Virus record (IMG/VR): IMGVR_UViG_3300030616_000016
Location: 124,001 to 188,000 of that record
Strand: one strand, 5' to 3'
DNA length: 64,000 nucleotides
Of this stretch, positions 31,776 through 43,085 are shown in pieces; within the stretch, counting starts at the first letter, position 1; every line of letters starts with the position of its first letter. The position numbers and the translations under genes are program-made. A model generated the notes under the pieces. It was not told where the DNA came from. It ran no database searches and saw nothing but the letters and a program-made list of their open reading frames with translations.

Positions 31776-34700
31776 GTGCAGATTGAAAGACCCGACCCCT
31801 ATTCTTCGGATATGTGTAAAGAATGCAAAGCGATGTACAGAAAGCTGTATGATGAAGGTAAGATAAAGAACCCATTTCCTCCTTTGTGTCGTGGAGATAG
31901 AAGACTACAAGAAGGATATATATGTGATGGCATGTCTCCTCAAGAGAAAGCCTTAGCTGTTTTATCTAATCCTTCTACATGGGCTAAATATGAACTCAAC
32001 ATAGCACCCAGGTGGTATCAGGAGACCATGCTCGCATGCTCTGCCAGACAGACAGTACTGCGATGCGGTAGACGTATAGGAAAGAGTTTTATGTTGGTAT
32101 TAAGAGCTCTTCACAACATGTCTAGAAATAAACACTATCGCGTTCTTATTGTTGCTCCATACCAGAACCAAATCAATATTCTTTTTGGTTTTATAGACAA
32201 GTTTATTTCTGATTCTAAAACCATAAAGAACAAAGTTAAAAGAAGGGTTAAATCTCCTCAACTTCTTGAATTAACCAATGGCTCATTGATACAAGGCTTT
32301 CCATCAGGTATTAACTCTGGCGGTAAGAGTGATAAGGTTCGTGGTCAAGATGCCGATGAGATTCTTATTGACGAGATTGACTATCTGCCAGACGGAGATA
32401 TCGACGCTATTGTTGCTATTCTGGCTTCAAATAAAAACACCAAGATATCAGTTTCATCTACTCCTAGTGGTAGAAAAACCAAGTATTATAAATTCTGCAC
32501 TCACAAGCAAGACGGATGGAAAGAATGGCACTTCTCTTCCATGGTTTCTCCAGAGTGGACAGAGCAGACCGAGAACATGCTACGAGGTATGTATTCAACT
32601 CTGGCATGGGAACACGAAATATGTTTGAGCGGCGATACTTTAGTAAGAACTACGCTTGCAGATAAAAAAATAAAAGACATTACCTGCGAAGATTTTGTAT
32701 ATGATAGTAACTTTAATATAGTCGAAGTTGCTAAGGGCGCCACTTATACTGGTAGGAAACAAGTTGTGAAATACACTTTACCCAATGACAGACATATAGT
32801 TTCTACACCAGACCATAGCTTTCCTAATAGGAGTTTTACCAAAACACCCATTGAAAGCCTTGATGAATTACCAGTGTATAGAGATAAAAGATATAATTCG
32901 TCTGACAGAGATGTGGTTTTAGCTAGACTTGTTGGGTACAACTTGGGCGATGGATCTTGTTGTTCGACTAGATATCAGTCAAGTTTCTACTCATCATCTT
33001 ATTCTGATATGGACAAAATAGTTAAAGACTTACATACTATTTATCCTGGCTATAAAGGGAACGTTTTGGAAGATGTTATTAATAACTCAAACAAAAAAGC
33101 CTCACTAGTTCATGTCGACGGCAAAAGATGCTCTGTTAATGTTAGTAAAAAAATTACATTGGATTTAATAAGTCATGGCGTCGTAAGAGGTAAAAAGGTA
33201 GAACAAGAATTTAATATACCAGATTTTATTGCAAGTTCCAATGATTTAGAGGTTAAGAGAGAATTTATTGCTGCTTTGTTTGGAGCGGAAGGATCTATGC
33301 CAGCTAAGGCATGCGACGACGGATATATGCCGCACACTTTATCTTTATCTATGTCTAAGCGGCGTGGGGTGTCTGCAGATGTGTTTTTTGATGGGTTGGT
33401 GAGTATATTAAAAGAATTTGGCGTAAGATCTACATGGACTTCGCATCCAGCACAATTCAAATCTGCTAATAATGGTATATGTCATAACACTGTCTATGCG
33501 CTTTATGTTCATAATAGCTTTGATAATATTTATGCTTTTTTGAATAAGGTAGGCTATAGATATTGCGATGCAAAAGAACAAGCTGCGTTTAATATTAAAT
33601 GCTATCTTGAGTGCTATGATTATGCCTTAAAAGCCAAGAGGAATCGATTTGAGTATGCTCGAATATTAAAAGATAAGAAGTTGAGTCATAAAGAAATAAG
33701 CAAGAGAACGCGCTTAAGTCTTGCGCAAATCAGCAAAGCTATTGCGGGTCGCATTCCAAAGAGATTTTATAATGAATTTCCCAAATTGGATGACTGGCTG
33801 AAGTATAATGTCGTTGGCTCCGGTGTATTCATGCCAATAGTAAAACGCAGAAAATTACCTAAGCCTATTGATGTATACAATATAACAGTTGGATCACACG
33901 ACCATTCATACATATTGGGGAACGATACAAGGACTTTTAATTGCGCAGAATTTGGCCAGTTTGAAGAAGGTGCCTTTCCAACCAAAAAGCTTGTTGAAAG
34001 CATGCAGTCTTATACATATGCTCAATGTTCCAGGAAGCCAAATTGCATTTATTCAATGGGCGTTGACTGGAATGAGCATCCAATTGGCGTTCATATGGTT
34101 GTTGTTGAATATGATCCTGAATATGGCCAGTTTAAAGTTGTAGACAAAAAGATATCTAACGACAAGGAATTTACTCAAACTAAAGCAGTAGAAGACATCA
34201 TTACAACATATAGAACGTGGATGCCAGATTGGCTATGGGCTGATGCCGGCGCCGGTGGATATCAAATTGAAACTTTGAAGAGAGTTGCAAACGCTAAACC
34301 TGATCTTAGATTAAGAAAGAAGATACGTGGTGTGGTTATGCATGAGAAAGAGATAATCAAAGATCCTATAACAAAGCGTGATGTAAAGAAACAGGCGAAG
34401 GCATTGATGGTTGATTTATGTGTGCGACGAGTAGAGATTGGTCAGTGTATATTTCCAAGAATTGAAGATGATGAAAACATGTTAGTAGACCAAATCAGAA
34501 ACTTCAAGGTAGAGAGGTTTACTCCTAATGGTATTCCTGTCTACTCTCAGGGCAAAGACCATACTGCAGTTGCATGGATGGTCGCTATGTATGCCATACT
34601 TCTTAATCGCACGGATATTAAGAATGTCAAACATTGCAAGAATGTTGGTTCTGTTCCAATATACAATTCCATTACAGGAGCATCGACCACAACAAGATCC

Positions 34701-34877
34701 AGATCAATATCAAATGAGATTATAGGCTCAAGAGAAATTAAGACCAAACAGGATGTTCAGATAGAGAGTTTTCGTAAAGTATCGCAACCACAAAGAAGAA
34801 AGCACGTAGCTCATATTGAATTAAGACGCGGCGTTGTTTCATCAAAGCGTGCTATCGCAAACAGATCAAGGATATAA
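31776..34877 (+). CDS. terL: Terminase large subunit (with intein)
   Basis: Walker A CGRRIGKS, Walker B ILIDEID, SSTPSG, nuclease MGVDWN and GKDH; spliced length 593 aa. Confidence 0.95.
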   Translation: MQIERPDPYSSDMCKECKAMYRKLYDEGKIKNPFPPLCRGDRRLQEGYICDGMSPQEKALAVLSNPSTWAKYELNIAPRWYQETMLACSARQTVLRCGRRIGKSFMLVLRALHNMSRNKHYRVLIVAPYQNQINILFGFIDKFISDSKTIKNKVKRRVKSPQLLELTNGSLIQGFPSGINSGGKSDKVRGQDADEILIDEIDYLPDGDIDAIVAILASNKNTKISVSSTPSGRKTKYYKFCTHKQDGWKEWHFSSMVSPEWTEQTENMLRGMYSTLAWEHEICLSGDTLVRTTLADKKIKDITCEDFVYDSNFNIVEVAKGATYTGRKQVVKYTLPNDRHIVSTPDHSFPNRSFTKTPIESLDELPVYRDKRYNSSDRDVVLARLVGYNLGDGSCCSTRYQSSFYSSSYSDMDKIVKDLHTIYPGYKGNVLEDVINNSNKKASLVHVDGKRCSVNVSKKITLDLISHGVVRGKKVEQEFNIPDFIASSNDLEVKREFIAALFGAEGSMPAKACDDGYMPHTLSLSMSKRRGVSADVFFDGLVSILKEFGVRSTWTSHPAQFKSANNGICHNTVYALYVHNSFDNIYAFLNKVGYRYCDAKEQAAFNIKCYLECYDYALKAKRNRFEYARILKDKKLSHKEISKRTRLSLAQISKAIAGRIPKRFYNEFPKLDDWLKYNVVGSGVFMPIVKRRKLPKPIDVYNITVGSHDHSYILGNDTRTFNCAEFGQFEEGAFPTKKLVESMQSYTYAQCSRKPNCIYSMGVDWNEHPIGVHMVVVEYDPEYGQFKVVDKKISNDKEFTQTKAVEDIITTYRTWMPDWLWADAGAGGYQIETLKRVANAKPDLRLRKKIRGVVMHEKEIIKDPITKRDVKKQAKALMVDLCVRRVEIGQCIFPRIEDDENMLVDQIRNFKVERFTPNGIPVYSQGKDHTAVAWMVAMYAILLNRTDIKNVKHCKNVGSVPIYNSITGASTTTRSRSISNEIIGSREIKTKQDVQIESFRKVSQPQRRKHVAHIELRRGVVSSKRAIANRSRI
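32622..33941 (+). mobile_element. 440-aa intein with LAGLIDADG endonuclease in TerL
   Basis: HEI|CLSGDT, block B STPDH, LVGYNLGDGS and FIAALFGAEGS, ends TRTFN|C. Confidence 0.9.
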
Positions 34878-34878
34878 T

Positions 34879-37323
34879 ATGGCAGATATTAATAGGAAAC
34901 CAAAATTACAATATAAGAAAGAGCGTTCTGTTTCACCTTTTGCTGGTTATGGTGCTGATCCAGATGGCAAGGCCGAGACACCAGGTCAAAGCCAATATAA
35001 AGATGCAAGATTTGCAAAGCCGGCTGCTGGTGCAATACCTGAGGATCAAGATCCTAGACGCGCTGCCGATGAAGTGTTTCTGAATCTTGCAGGTGTCAAA
35101 GCAAAGACAGACTTTCTTATCGATGCAATAGATAATAACAATAGAGTTTTATCTATTCCTGTGTATGAAGACTCTGATGAAGTGCGTGAAGCAGTTGCAA
35201 GGAAAGATCCTCAAAACTCCCCGACTGGAGATAAAATATTTTGGGATCTATTTAAGCGTGCCATAAGAGACGCTGCTCATCAGTTTGATGGCATAACTCT
35301 TGATGTTATTGACAATCTTACAGGTGAGCCTTTTGCAGATAATAGAATCATAAATGGCAATATGCGACTATGGAATGACTCTACCATATCTCAAGTAGAT
35401 ATTGATTTCAATACTTCTAACGGAACAAGCACATCAGCCATAAGAGATAGAATCCGCAAAGAAGTTAAAGACAATGGACCAAGCATCCTTGAAAGATTAC
35501 TTGTTCAGGGAGGAACATTGGCTTTTGCTTTCTTTCTTCATAAGATAATGCATACAGAAGATGCTCCAGATAAGGCCGCTGTAGCTGCTCCTAAAATGCC
35601 TTCTGGAACTGAGCTAGGCCCTATGATAGCACAAATAGTTCTTGGTTTTGCAATGCAAATGCTTCTTAATAATCTTGCTGAACAAGATGCTAGAAGGATA
35701 ATGCGCGATTCATATGTCCTTCCAGCAGAGGCTGGAGTTGGTATAGATTCTATTGTTTCCCAGGCCGCTCAGCTGGTTAACCAAGCCAAGCAAAGCCCCA
35801 ATCCATATCAATCCCTAGCAAATCATCCAGCCATGCATGCAAGCGCCCCTTTTATTGAATTAGCATTGGACAGAATGGGCGAGGGCGACTATGAAATCAT
35901 AAGAGACTATTCTATACAGTGGCTTGCCACACATAATGAAGAAGGTTATGATGAGTGGCTAGCATACATTGACTTATATGATATATCATCAGATATCGAC
36001 AAGTCATTAGATATAGCCCCGCAATATTCTCCAGTATTTAGAGAGCATGCCAGAAAGGCTGGTAAAAGAAATATATCTGTACCTGCTATCAAGAAAGCCA
36101 AGTCTCATTATGCCAGCCGCAATGTCACAAGCCCTCCATCTTTACAAGTTGGTACATCCGCGCGCTATTCCTTTGCTGATATGACCAATGGTGATAACTA
36201 TGATGATTATGCACAAGAGATGGTAGGATTTATACAGGAAGATTTTCTAGACTCGCTTAGCTTCCAAGCATGTACATATAACAGAGCTACTAATAGACTT
36301 GCTGCTTTTATTACAGCTAATCCTTTTGTAGCAGATTTAGTTTGCTGTTTTGTTAGATTTATGGGTAGTGTGGATCCAGCAATACTACGCTCAATCCGCT
36401 CTCTCGTATCATTATTTGCCAATGGCATTAGCTTTGATCTTGGCGGCTTCCTTGCCAAGCTCCATAAAAGAGCTTGGGGTGACATGCAGCAGTCTGCGGC
36501 TTATGAGCTGCTTGGCCTTATAGATGAAATGTTTTACACAATCATCAATAGAATACTTGATTGGGCAGACAACATAGACGAAAGAATGCTTGTATGTCTA
36601 CCTATAGACGCAATGTTAAACATGACGATGAAGGGCATCGAAGATCTTCGCAATCAGTTTAAAGACCTGCTTATGACTTTGCTTGATAAGATTAAAACCA
36701 AAGGCTATACTTTTGACAAGAAGATATCCATTCTTACAGAACGTAAATGGGCAAGAAAGCTGTTAAAGATAATCGACGCAGTTATTTATGCCTTGCAGTC
36801 TGGTAAGATGTGTCATGCTGAAGAAAGGGTCTACAGCGTTGCGGTTAATAACTTTGTGAATGAGATCCTACAGGAAGATTCAACGCCTTCTAATTTGCAT
36901 CAGTATATTCGAACTGGTCTTGGTTTGGATGATCTACCTGCAGGAGACGACTCTTTATCTATTAATAGAGACGAAAAGCAAAGCCCTTCCAATCCTGAAG
37001 AGAACACTGGTTCGCCCTCATTTGAATCTGCCCAAGCTACTAGAGCAGCATCTAGACTAGACTCACTTAATGTATATGGCGAGCCTTTGGATGTTGACTC
37101 AAGTATAGTAGGAAGAAATTCTTTTAATACTTTTGATGACGATCAGCCATTAATTACAGAGAATGGTATTGACTTACCTTCTTTTATGGATATAATTAGA
37201 GACAAGAGTACCTGGGACTCAAGTCTTTCTGCTGAACAGAAACAAAGCTGTATTGATAAAATGACCGATGCAGAAATACAGAAATTTAAGCAAATCATGA
37301 ATAAATTTAGGAGCAGCAGATGA
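34879..37323 (+). CDS. Large helical protein between terminase and portal (probable virion protein)
   Basis: ATG 34879 directly follows the TerL stop; ATGA-coupled to the portal. Confidence 0.6.
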   Translation: MADINRKPKLQYKKERSVSPFAGYGADPDGKAETPGQSQYKDARFAKPAAGAIPEDQDPRRAADEVFLNLAGVKAKTDFLIDAIDNNNRVLSIPVYEDSDEVREAVARKDPQNSPTGDKIFWDLFKRAIRDAAHQFDGITLDVIDNLTGEPFADNRIINGNMRLWNDSTISQVDIDFNTSNGTSTSAIRDRIRKEVKDNGPSILERLLVQGGTLAFAFFLHKIMHTEDAPDKAAVAAPKMPSGTELGPMIAQIVLGFAMQMLLNNLAEQDARRIMRDSYVLPAEAGVGIDSIVSQAAQLVNQAKQSPNPYQSLANHPAMHASAPFIELALDRMGEGDYEIIRDYSIQWLATHNEEGYDEWLAYIDLYDISSDIDKSLDIAPQYSPVFREHARKAGKRNISVPAIKKAKSHYASRNVTSPPSLQVGTSARYSFADMTNGDNYDDYAQEMVGFIQEDFLDSLSFQACTYNRATNRLAAFITANPFVADLVCCFVRFMGSVDPAILRSIRSLVSLFANGISFDLGGFLAKLHKRAWGDMQQSAAYELLGLIDEMFYTIINRILDWADNIDERMLVCLPIDAMLNMTMKGIEDLRNQFKDLLMTLLDKIKTKGYTFDKKISILTERKWARKLLKIIDAVIYALQSGKMCHAEERVYSVAVNNFVNEILQEDSTPSNLHQYIRTGLGLDDLPAGDDSLSINRDEKQSPSNPEENTGSPSFESAQATRAASRLDSLNVYGEPLDVDSSIVGRNSFNTFDDDQPLITENGIDLPSFMDIIRDKSTWDSSLSAEQKQSCIDKMTDAEIQKFKQIMNKFRSSR

Positions 37324-40316
37324 GTGCGTTCGGTAATATGCGTAAATACATATCAAACATCATAAGCCCAGAAGTTCCTCCTTCCCAGCCTAAGCCAGAG
37401 AAAAAAGTTCCTCCAAGGATGCAACTGGTACATCTCAAGGTCAACAACAGAATCAGAAACAGCATGAAGGAGATTGGTAGCAGAAGTGTTAGTGATGGTT
37501 GGGCGGATGATCCGATATATGATTTCGAAGAAATTAGAAGGGCAGAAGATAAGGAATCTTTCCTAGCTATATCTTTTAGAAAACATATTGAAATGGTTGT
37601 CAAACGAGGCTGGACAATAAGAGGAAAGAACCAGGATTTTATTCAACACGTAAGAGAAAGGCTTTGGGAGATCTTTATTCTTACCGGCGTATCCACAAAA
37701 GGTATCATCAGAGATGTAGTCAAAGATATAGTAAGGTTCTCTAACGCATATATCATATTCAAAAGATCAGACAACTTTCCAATTAAAGGTCGTCCATACA
37801 AATGGCGTGGCCAAAGACTGAAACCAATAGTAGGCATGTTCAGAGCTGATCCAGCTAATATGAAGCCAGTTTTTAGAACTAGAAGTGGAAGAAAACAGCT
37901 TGTTGCATGGAAGCATTGCAGAGATGAAAGTAACTTTGGTGCAAAGTCACAAATATTTAAAAAAGATGATGTTATGCATATCAAGTGGACTGATAAAGGT
38001 CTTCTTATAGGCACGCCATTCGCCATTCCAGTTCTCGATGATATTAGAGCACTCAGAAGAGTAGAAGAATTCATAGAAATGCTTTGTTCGAAACACGCGT
38101 TTCCACTTATACATTATAAAGTAGGTACAGATAATGCACCAGCTGAGGTATATGAAGACGGCAGTGGTAGAACTGAAATTGATGATGTTAAGGATGATGT
38201 TGAGGCAATGCCAACAGAAGGTTGCTGGGTAACATCCGAGAGACATTCTATAGCCGCTATTGATGATACAGAAGGTGTAGATCTTGAGAAGTATTTAAAG
38301 CACTTCGAAGATAGAGTTATTTCTGGATGTGGTATGTCTGGCATTTCATTAGGTCGTGGTGGATCGGCGAACAGATCTTGCTATTCTGAAGACACACAAA
38401 CACTTACAGATTCTGGATGGAAATATTATTGGCAGGTTACTAGTTATGACAAGATAGCTACATTCAACCCAAATACTGGAAAGATAGAATATCATTATCC
38501 AGTAGGCGGATTAAAATTATACGATTACGAAGGTGATATGTATAATTTTAAAGGTAAGCATGTAGATGCTTGTGTCACACCTGATCATGATATGTGGGTT
38601 GGGTATCCTAAGTTAGACGGAACAAAATCTTGGGAGAAGGTACATGCGGACAGCATAAAAACAGACCAGTTTTACTTTCAGGCGACTGCAGATTGGTCTG
38701 GAGTAGAACCAGAAGATTTTAGATTGCCACACGTTTCGTATACAAGCAGACACGACTGTTTCGAGAACAAGGGACCATTTGACAGAATCAATGCAGCAGA
38801 CTGGTTTGAATTTCTTGGATATTGGGTATCCGAAGGTACTTTGGCCAAGGTACCTAACAAATACGCGCTATCTATATCGCAGAACTGTGTTGTCAATGAG
38901 AACAAAACACAAAAGATCAGAAAGTGTCTAGAAAGACTTCCGTTCAAGTTTAATGAATATACGGATCCAAAAGATAATACTACAAGATTTTGGATAAATT
39001 GTAAATCTCTTTTCTTATATTTGCAAGATGAATGTGGCACATATTCCTATAGCAAAAAATTCCCTGAATATGTACTGTCCGCAGATGCTACACATATTAA
39101 AATAGCATTTGAAGCTGCCATGCTAGGAGATGGTACTTCCGACAAAAGACAAGGAAGAACTTCTCGTGCTTATTATTCTACCTCAGACGTCTTGATCGAC
39201 CAAATACAAGAGATGGCCCTGAAGCTTGGTATAAGAGCCCATATTCTGCCTGGCAGTGGATGTAAAAGAGTTGTTATGTCTGAATATAAGCAAAACAAGA
39301 TCACTAAAGACAACATAGATATAGTAAAATATTCAGGTAAGGTTTATTGCTTCCACGTACCAAACCATCTTTTTGTAACCAGAAGAAATGGTAAAATTGG
39401 TATACACGGTAATACCGCAACAGTTATTGACAAAATTCTTATAGACAGAGCCTGGGACATTCAGGATGTTATTAGCGACGCGCTTGATACGTATCTATTA
39501 CTACACTTCCATTTAGATAGCGGTAAGCCTTTTGGTCCTGATGATATGGCCCACTTTAAATTCTATGCTCCTGACACAGAAGAAGAAAGAGCTAATGAAA
39601 ATCATTATCTCAACCAGTATCAAAGCGGTGCAATAACTGAAGAAGAGCTAAGAGAAGATATCAACAGACCTCCTCTAACAGAGAAGCAGCGTAGCCAGCT
39701 ATACTCAGAGAATACAGCTGTCTATACGCAGGAGCGCTATGCTCAGCTTGCTAAGAAGTATGGATATATGCATACATTTCCAGGCGTCAAGACTGCTCAG
39801 GCTGGAGCAGCTGGTGGTACAACCGCCAAAAAGGCCGCTAATAAGACAAGAAACAAAACACAGCCGACAAATCAATCAGGAACAAAAGCAACAAAAACAA
39901 GAGTTGCAGTTAACAATATTAAAGCAGAAATAAGAAATCTCAAACATACCTTTGTAAATCTTTCTGAAGAAAAATTTGATATTAATTTGCCTATGGCAAA
40001 ATCCTTTATTTTGAATAGCTTTGATAGGTTTATAAGTATCTTTAATCAAACCATTTACAACGATATGTCTATGCTCGCAGATGAGCTTAAAGACATAGGA
40101 TTAAGAGCAAGAATTTCTGACTGTTCAAATAAAGTTGAAGAAAAGTTCTTGAAATCGTTATATGATTCGATTATAATTAGACTTAGCGACGGCGAGGTAG
40201 ATCCCGTTGCCTTGTTCGATGGCCTGAGCAATGACTTAATCAGTTTATTAGATAAACTGCCTAGTATATATGACGAGTTTAAAACAGTTAGTGAAGAGGG
40301 AGACCAAAATGAGTGA
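37320..40316 (+). CDS. Portal protein (with intein)
   Basis: FSNAY, IGTPFAIPVLDDIRALRRVEE, FPLIHYKVG, FEDRVISGCGMSGISLGRGGSANR; position between TerL and protease. Confidence 0.85.
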   Translation: MSAFGNMRKYISNIISPEVPPSQPKPEKKVPPRMQLVHLKVNNRIRNSMKEIGSRSVSDGWADDPIYDFEEIRRAEDKESFLAISFRKHIEMVVKRGWTIRGKNQDFIQHVRERLWEIFILTGVSTKGIIRDVVKDIVRFSNAYIIFKRSDNFPIKGRPYKWRGQRLKPIVGMFRADPANMKPVFRTRSGRKQLVAWKHCRDESNFGAKSQIFKKDDVMHIKWTDKGLLIGTPFAIPVLDDIRALRRVEEFIEMLCSKHAFPLIHYKVGTDNAPAEVYEDGSGRTEIDDVKDDVEAMPTEGCWVTSERHSIAAIDDTEGVDLEKYLKHFEDRVISGCGMSGISLGRGGSANRSCYSEDTQTLTDSGWKYYWQVTSYDKIATFNPNTGKIEYHYPVGGLKLYDYEGDMYNFKGKHVDACVTPDHDMWVGYPKLDGTKSWEKVHADSIKTDQFYFQATADWSGVEPEDFRLPHVSYTSRHDCFENKGPFDRINAADWFEFLGYWVSEGTLAKVPNKYALSISQNCVVNENKTQKIRKCLERLPFKFNEYTDPKDNTTRFWINCKSLFLYLQDECGTYSYSKKFPEYVLSADATHIKIAFEAAMLGDGTSDKRQGRTSRAYYSTSDVLIDQIQEMALKLGIRAHILPGSGCKRVVMSEYKQNKITKDNIDIVKYSGKVYCFHVPNHLFVTRRNGKIGIHGNTATVIDKILIDRAWDIQDVISDALDTYLLLHFHLDSGKPFGPDDMAHFKFYAPDTEEERANENHYLNQYQSGAITEEELREDINRPPLTEKQRSQLYSENTAVYTQERYAQLAKKYGYMHTFPGVKTAQAGAAGGTTAKKAANKTRNKTQPTNQSGTKATKTRVAVNNIKAEIRNLKHTFVNLSEEKFDINLPMAKSFILNSFDRFISIFNQTIYNDMSMLADELKDIGLRARISDCSNKVEEKFLKSLYDSIIIRLSDGEVDPVALFDGLSNDLISLLDKLPSIYDEFKTVSEEGDQNE
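38379..39413 (+). mobile_element. 345-aa intein with LAGLIDADG-like domain in the portal
   Basis: NRS|CYSEDT, VTPDH, FLGYWVSEG and AMLGDG, VYCFHVPNHLFVTRRNGKIGIHGN|T. Confidence 0.9.
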
Positions 40317-42219
40317 TGGCAATGAAGGCTTCAGGCTTGTCGATCATGTTTCAATCAAACCGGAAATTATCGATAAGAATAAGTTCGATAAGTTTATGGA
40401 CAGCCGATCTCATGTTTTAAAGGATCAGGGTGTCAGTAAATCAAAGGCTATAATTAATCTCAAATCAAAAATCGATGCATCTAGAACTGGTTCTCTTGTA
40501 AATGGTAGAGTTTACAAAGCCAGAATGATGGATAAGTCTGTTGACAAATGGGTCACTCCTTATAAAAAGCCTGTGCTTCCTCATCATGACCAATATAGAG
40601 ACGCTATTGGAAGAGTAGATGCAGCTAGCTTTGATTCCTTTATCGAAGAAGATCAATGGGATTTTGATCATATTCTTATTGACCTTGCTAATGGCGAAAC
40701 TCAGGGTAAAGGCTCCGGAAGACTTCTTCTTGACGCTCGTATTATAGACACAGATGCTATCGACAAAGTTTTGGATGGAAGGTATTCTACTGTATCTATT
40801 GGGTTTATGACAGACTACATGAAATGTTCTATTTGTGGAGCTGACTGGAAAGGTGCTACGTTCCTCAGTCCTTGCGACCACAGAATTGGACAGTTCTATA
40901 AAATAGATGAGAATTCAATATTCTGGGATGGAAAGAAAACAAAAAGAAAATTCCCCGCATACTTACATTGCGGCGATATGGATCCAAGAGAAGTATCATT
41001 CGTAAATACTCCCGCCCAATCATATTCCAGTGTTATTGGCACTGAAATGTCTATGGACGAGAATTCACAAGTAGATGAACATGAGTTTGCTGAAATTATG
41101 AATATGTTGTGTGTTGGGAAGCCAAGAGCCGACGCCATTAACTCGCTGGTGTTGACCGATGGATATACTTCCCAGGAACTGTTGATTGATGATCTTTCTG
41201 ATAAATCGCCTACTGGTAAAATGACCGTCAGTGTGCCAGCCATTGATGCTCAGGATATCGATAAGGATGATAAACCAGAAGATCAAACAGACGACAGTAT
41301 TGGAGATTCTGATAATAAAGATTATTATACTGACGAGGAATTTGCGTGTCTAAATATCCTTAGAAGCATGCAGGATTGTGGCACCATTGAACCTACAGTA
41401 GAAGAGTCTTTGGCTATCGACAGTTTCTCCGATGCGAAGCTGAGTACGAAGCAGAGAGAGTCATTAAAGTCCAGCACTTTTTGTGGACCAGACAGGTCTT
41501 TCCCTGTGCCTGATTGCGCTCACGTTACTGCGGCTCTACGTCTTCTTGGAAGATATAAGGGCTCTGGTGATAAGAGCAAAATTAAGGCGTGTGTGATGCG
41601 TAAAGCAAAGCAGATGGACTGCAAAGTTTCGACGAAGAACGGTGACGATAGCCAAATTGTTAATCCTAACTCAGGAGATAGTGATATGGCCGACAAAGAC
41701 ACAAGTGTAAAAGATCAGACTCCAGATAAGAAAGATGGAGGCGATCAGACAAGGTCAAGCAGCGATCAAGTCACTATTCAGACTCTAACTGATAAGATCC
41801 AGGATCTCAGCGGTAGTGTTACCGTGAAAGATGCTAAGATCGAAGAGCTCGAAGGTAAACTGCAGGATGCTAATAAAGCTTCTGAAGATACCCAGAAAGA
41901 GCTTACGGATGCTCTAGTCCTTCAGTATATTTCCATGAGACGCGTTCTCAAAGGAGATATTCCTGAAGACGAAGAAGCATACAAAAAGTTCGAAGACGAA
42001 CTCAAGGTTAGATCTGTAGATTCGCTGCGCGATTCCATTAAGGATATGACCAAGGATTTCAACAACAAAGTTGAAGAAATCCAAAAGAGCAATGTTGCTG
42101 ACAGTGCTGGTTCTGTTCAAGATCCTACGAACGACGGAGATAACCCCGGAGATCAGGATCCTGACAAGAAAGACGATGCAGACAATAAAGCTCCCAAGTC
42201 TGTCAAAGACAGACTGTAA
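40309..42219 (+). CDS. Prohead protease fused to scaffold region
   Basis: PVLPHHD, YSTVSIGF, CSICG...CDH, EVSFVNTPA; C-terminal acidic coiled coil; start moved to ATG 40309. Confidence 0.85.
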   Translation: MSDGNEGFRLVDHVSIKPEIIDKNKFDKFMDSRSHVLKDQGVSKSKAIINLKSKIDASRTGSLVNGRVYKARMMDKSVDKWVTPYKKPVLPHHDQYRDAIGRVDAASFDSFIEEDQWDFDHILIDLANGETQGKGSGRLLLDARIIDTDAIDKVLDGRYSTVSIGFMTDYMKCSICGADWKGATFLSPCDHRIGQFYKIDENSIFWDGKKTKRKFPAYLHCGDMDPREVSFVNTPAQSYSSVIGTEMSMDENSQVDEHEFAEIMNMLCVGKPRADAINSLVLTDGYTSQELLIDDLSDKSPTGKMTVSVPAIDAQDIDKDDKPEDQTDDSIGDSDNKDYYTDEEFACLNILRSMQDCGTIEPTVEESLAIDSFSDAKLSTKQRESLKSSTFCGPDRSFPVPDCAHVTAALRLLGRYKGSGDKSKIKACVMRKAKQMDCKVSTKNGDDSQIVNPNSGDSDMADKDTSVKDQTPDKKDGGDQTRSSSDQVTIQTLTDKIQDLSGSVTVKDAKIEELEGKLQDANKASEDTQKELTDALVLQYISMRRVLKGDIPEDEEAYKKFEDELKVRSVDSLRDSIKDMTKDFNNKVEEIQKSNVADSAGSVQDPTNDGDNPGDQDPDKKDDADNKAPKSVKDRL

Positions 42220-42260
42220 TTGTGAGTAATTTAACAAACATCAAAGCAGGAGGCGCTTAA

Positions 42261-43085
42261 ATGGCTACTCTAAGAAACGCATATGGGTACACAGTACGCA
42301 GAAAGCAGATGCAGGAAATCTCCAAAGGAGAACGCCCTGCTCTAAGCTTGAAGCCTGCTCCGTACCTACCTATCCAGGAAACGATAGGCATCGAAGGTGA
42401 TCCTATTGTTATCAAGGCTGGAGAGCTAATCGCCCTTGACGCATGGAATAACATTGTTCCTGCTAATTGTGGCGCGACAGCTACTGTTTCTTATAGCGAA
42501 ACTGACTACACCTATGGTACACCTCAGTACGATGCAAGTGGTACAGAAGGTGCAGGTGATGCAGTTGCTACAGGACCAGATCCAGCTAATTTTACCCTTG
42601 CAGCTAACTACTGCATCGGTTATGCTGCTTTTGATATGATTCAGAATATGGAACTGAATGCTCAGTCCGGAAATCTGAACTATCAGCCGCAGACAAATCA
42701 GAAGGGCATTGTAACGGATTATCTCGTTGAGTTTCCGATTACACATGCAAATCAGCTTGACGCTACTCAGGGTGACCTTGTTGTTCCTGATAACGCAAGT
42801 CCTGGCCGTTGGATGCCGCTTAAGGCTGCTGATTGGACGGCTACAGTTGTTAGAGCAGATTGTTACAAACTGCTTAACAATGTTGTTGGTAAGATTATGC
42901 GCATCGATGAAATCGCTGCGATTGATAATCTTGATAAGGTTGAAACTGTGCCTGGCCTTAACCTAACCGGTTCCGAAACAAGTGGTATCCCGCTACATCT
43001 TAGCGATGCCATTGCGGACGGCGGTGATGTTAGAGGCGGTGGTGCTACGGCTAAATATAAGGCTATGATTCTTATCAGAGTCTAA
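42261..43085 (+). CDS. Capsid decoration / minor head protein
   Basis: Between protease and MCP, strong AGGAGG SD, beta-rich. Confidence 0.7.
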   Translation: MATLRNAYGYTVRRKQMQEISKGERPALSLKPAPYLPIQETIGIEGDPIVIKAGELIALDAWNNIVPANCGATATVSYSETDYTYGTPQYDASGTEGAGDAVATGPDPANFTLAANYCIGYAAFDMIQNMELNAQSGNLNYQPQTNQKGIVTDYLVEFPITHANQLDATQGDLVVPDNASPGRWMPLKAADWTATVVRADCYKLLNNVVGKIMRIDEIAAIDNLDKVETVPGLNLTGSETSGIPLHLSDAIADGGDVRGGGATAKYKAMILIRV

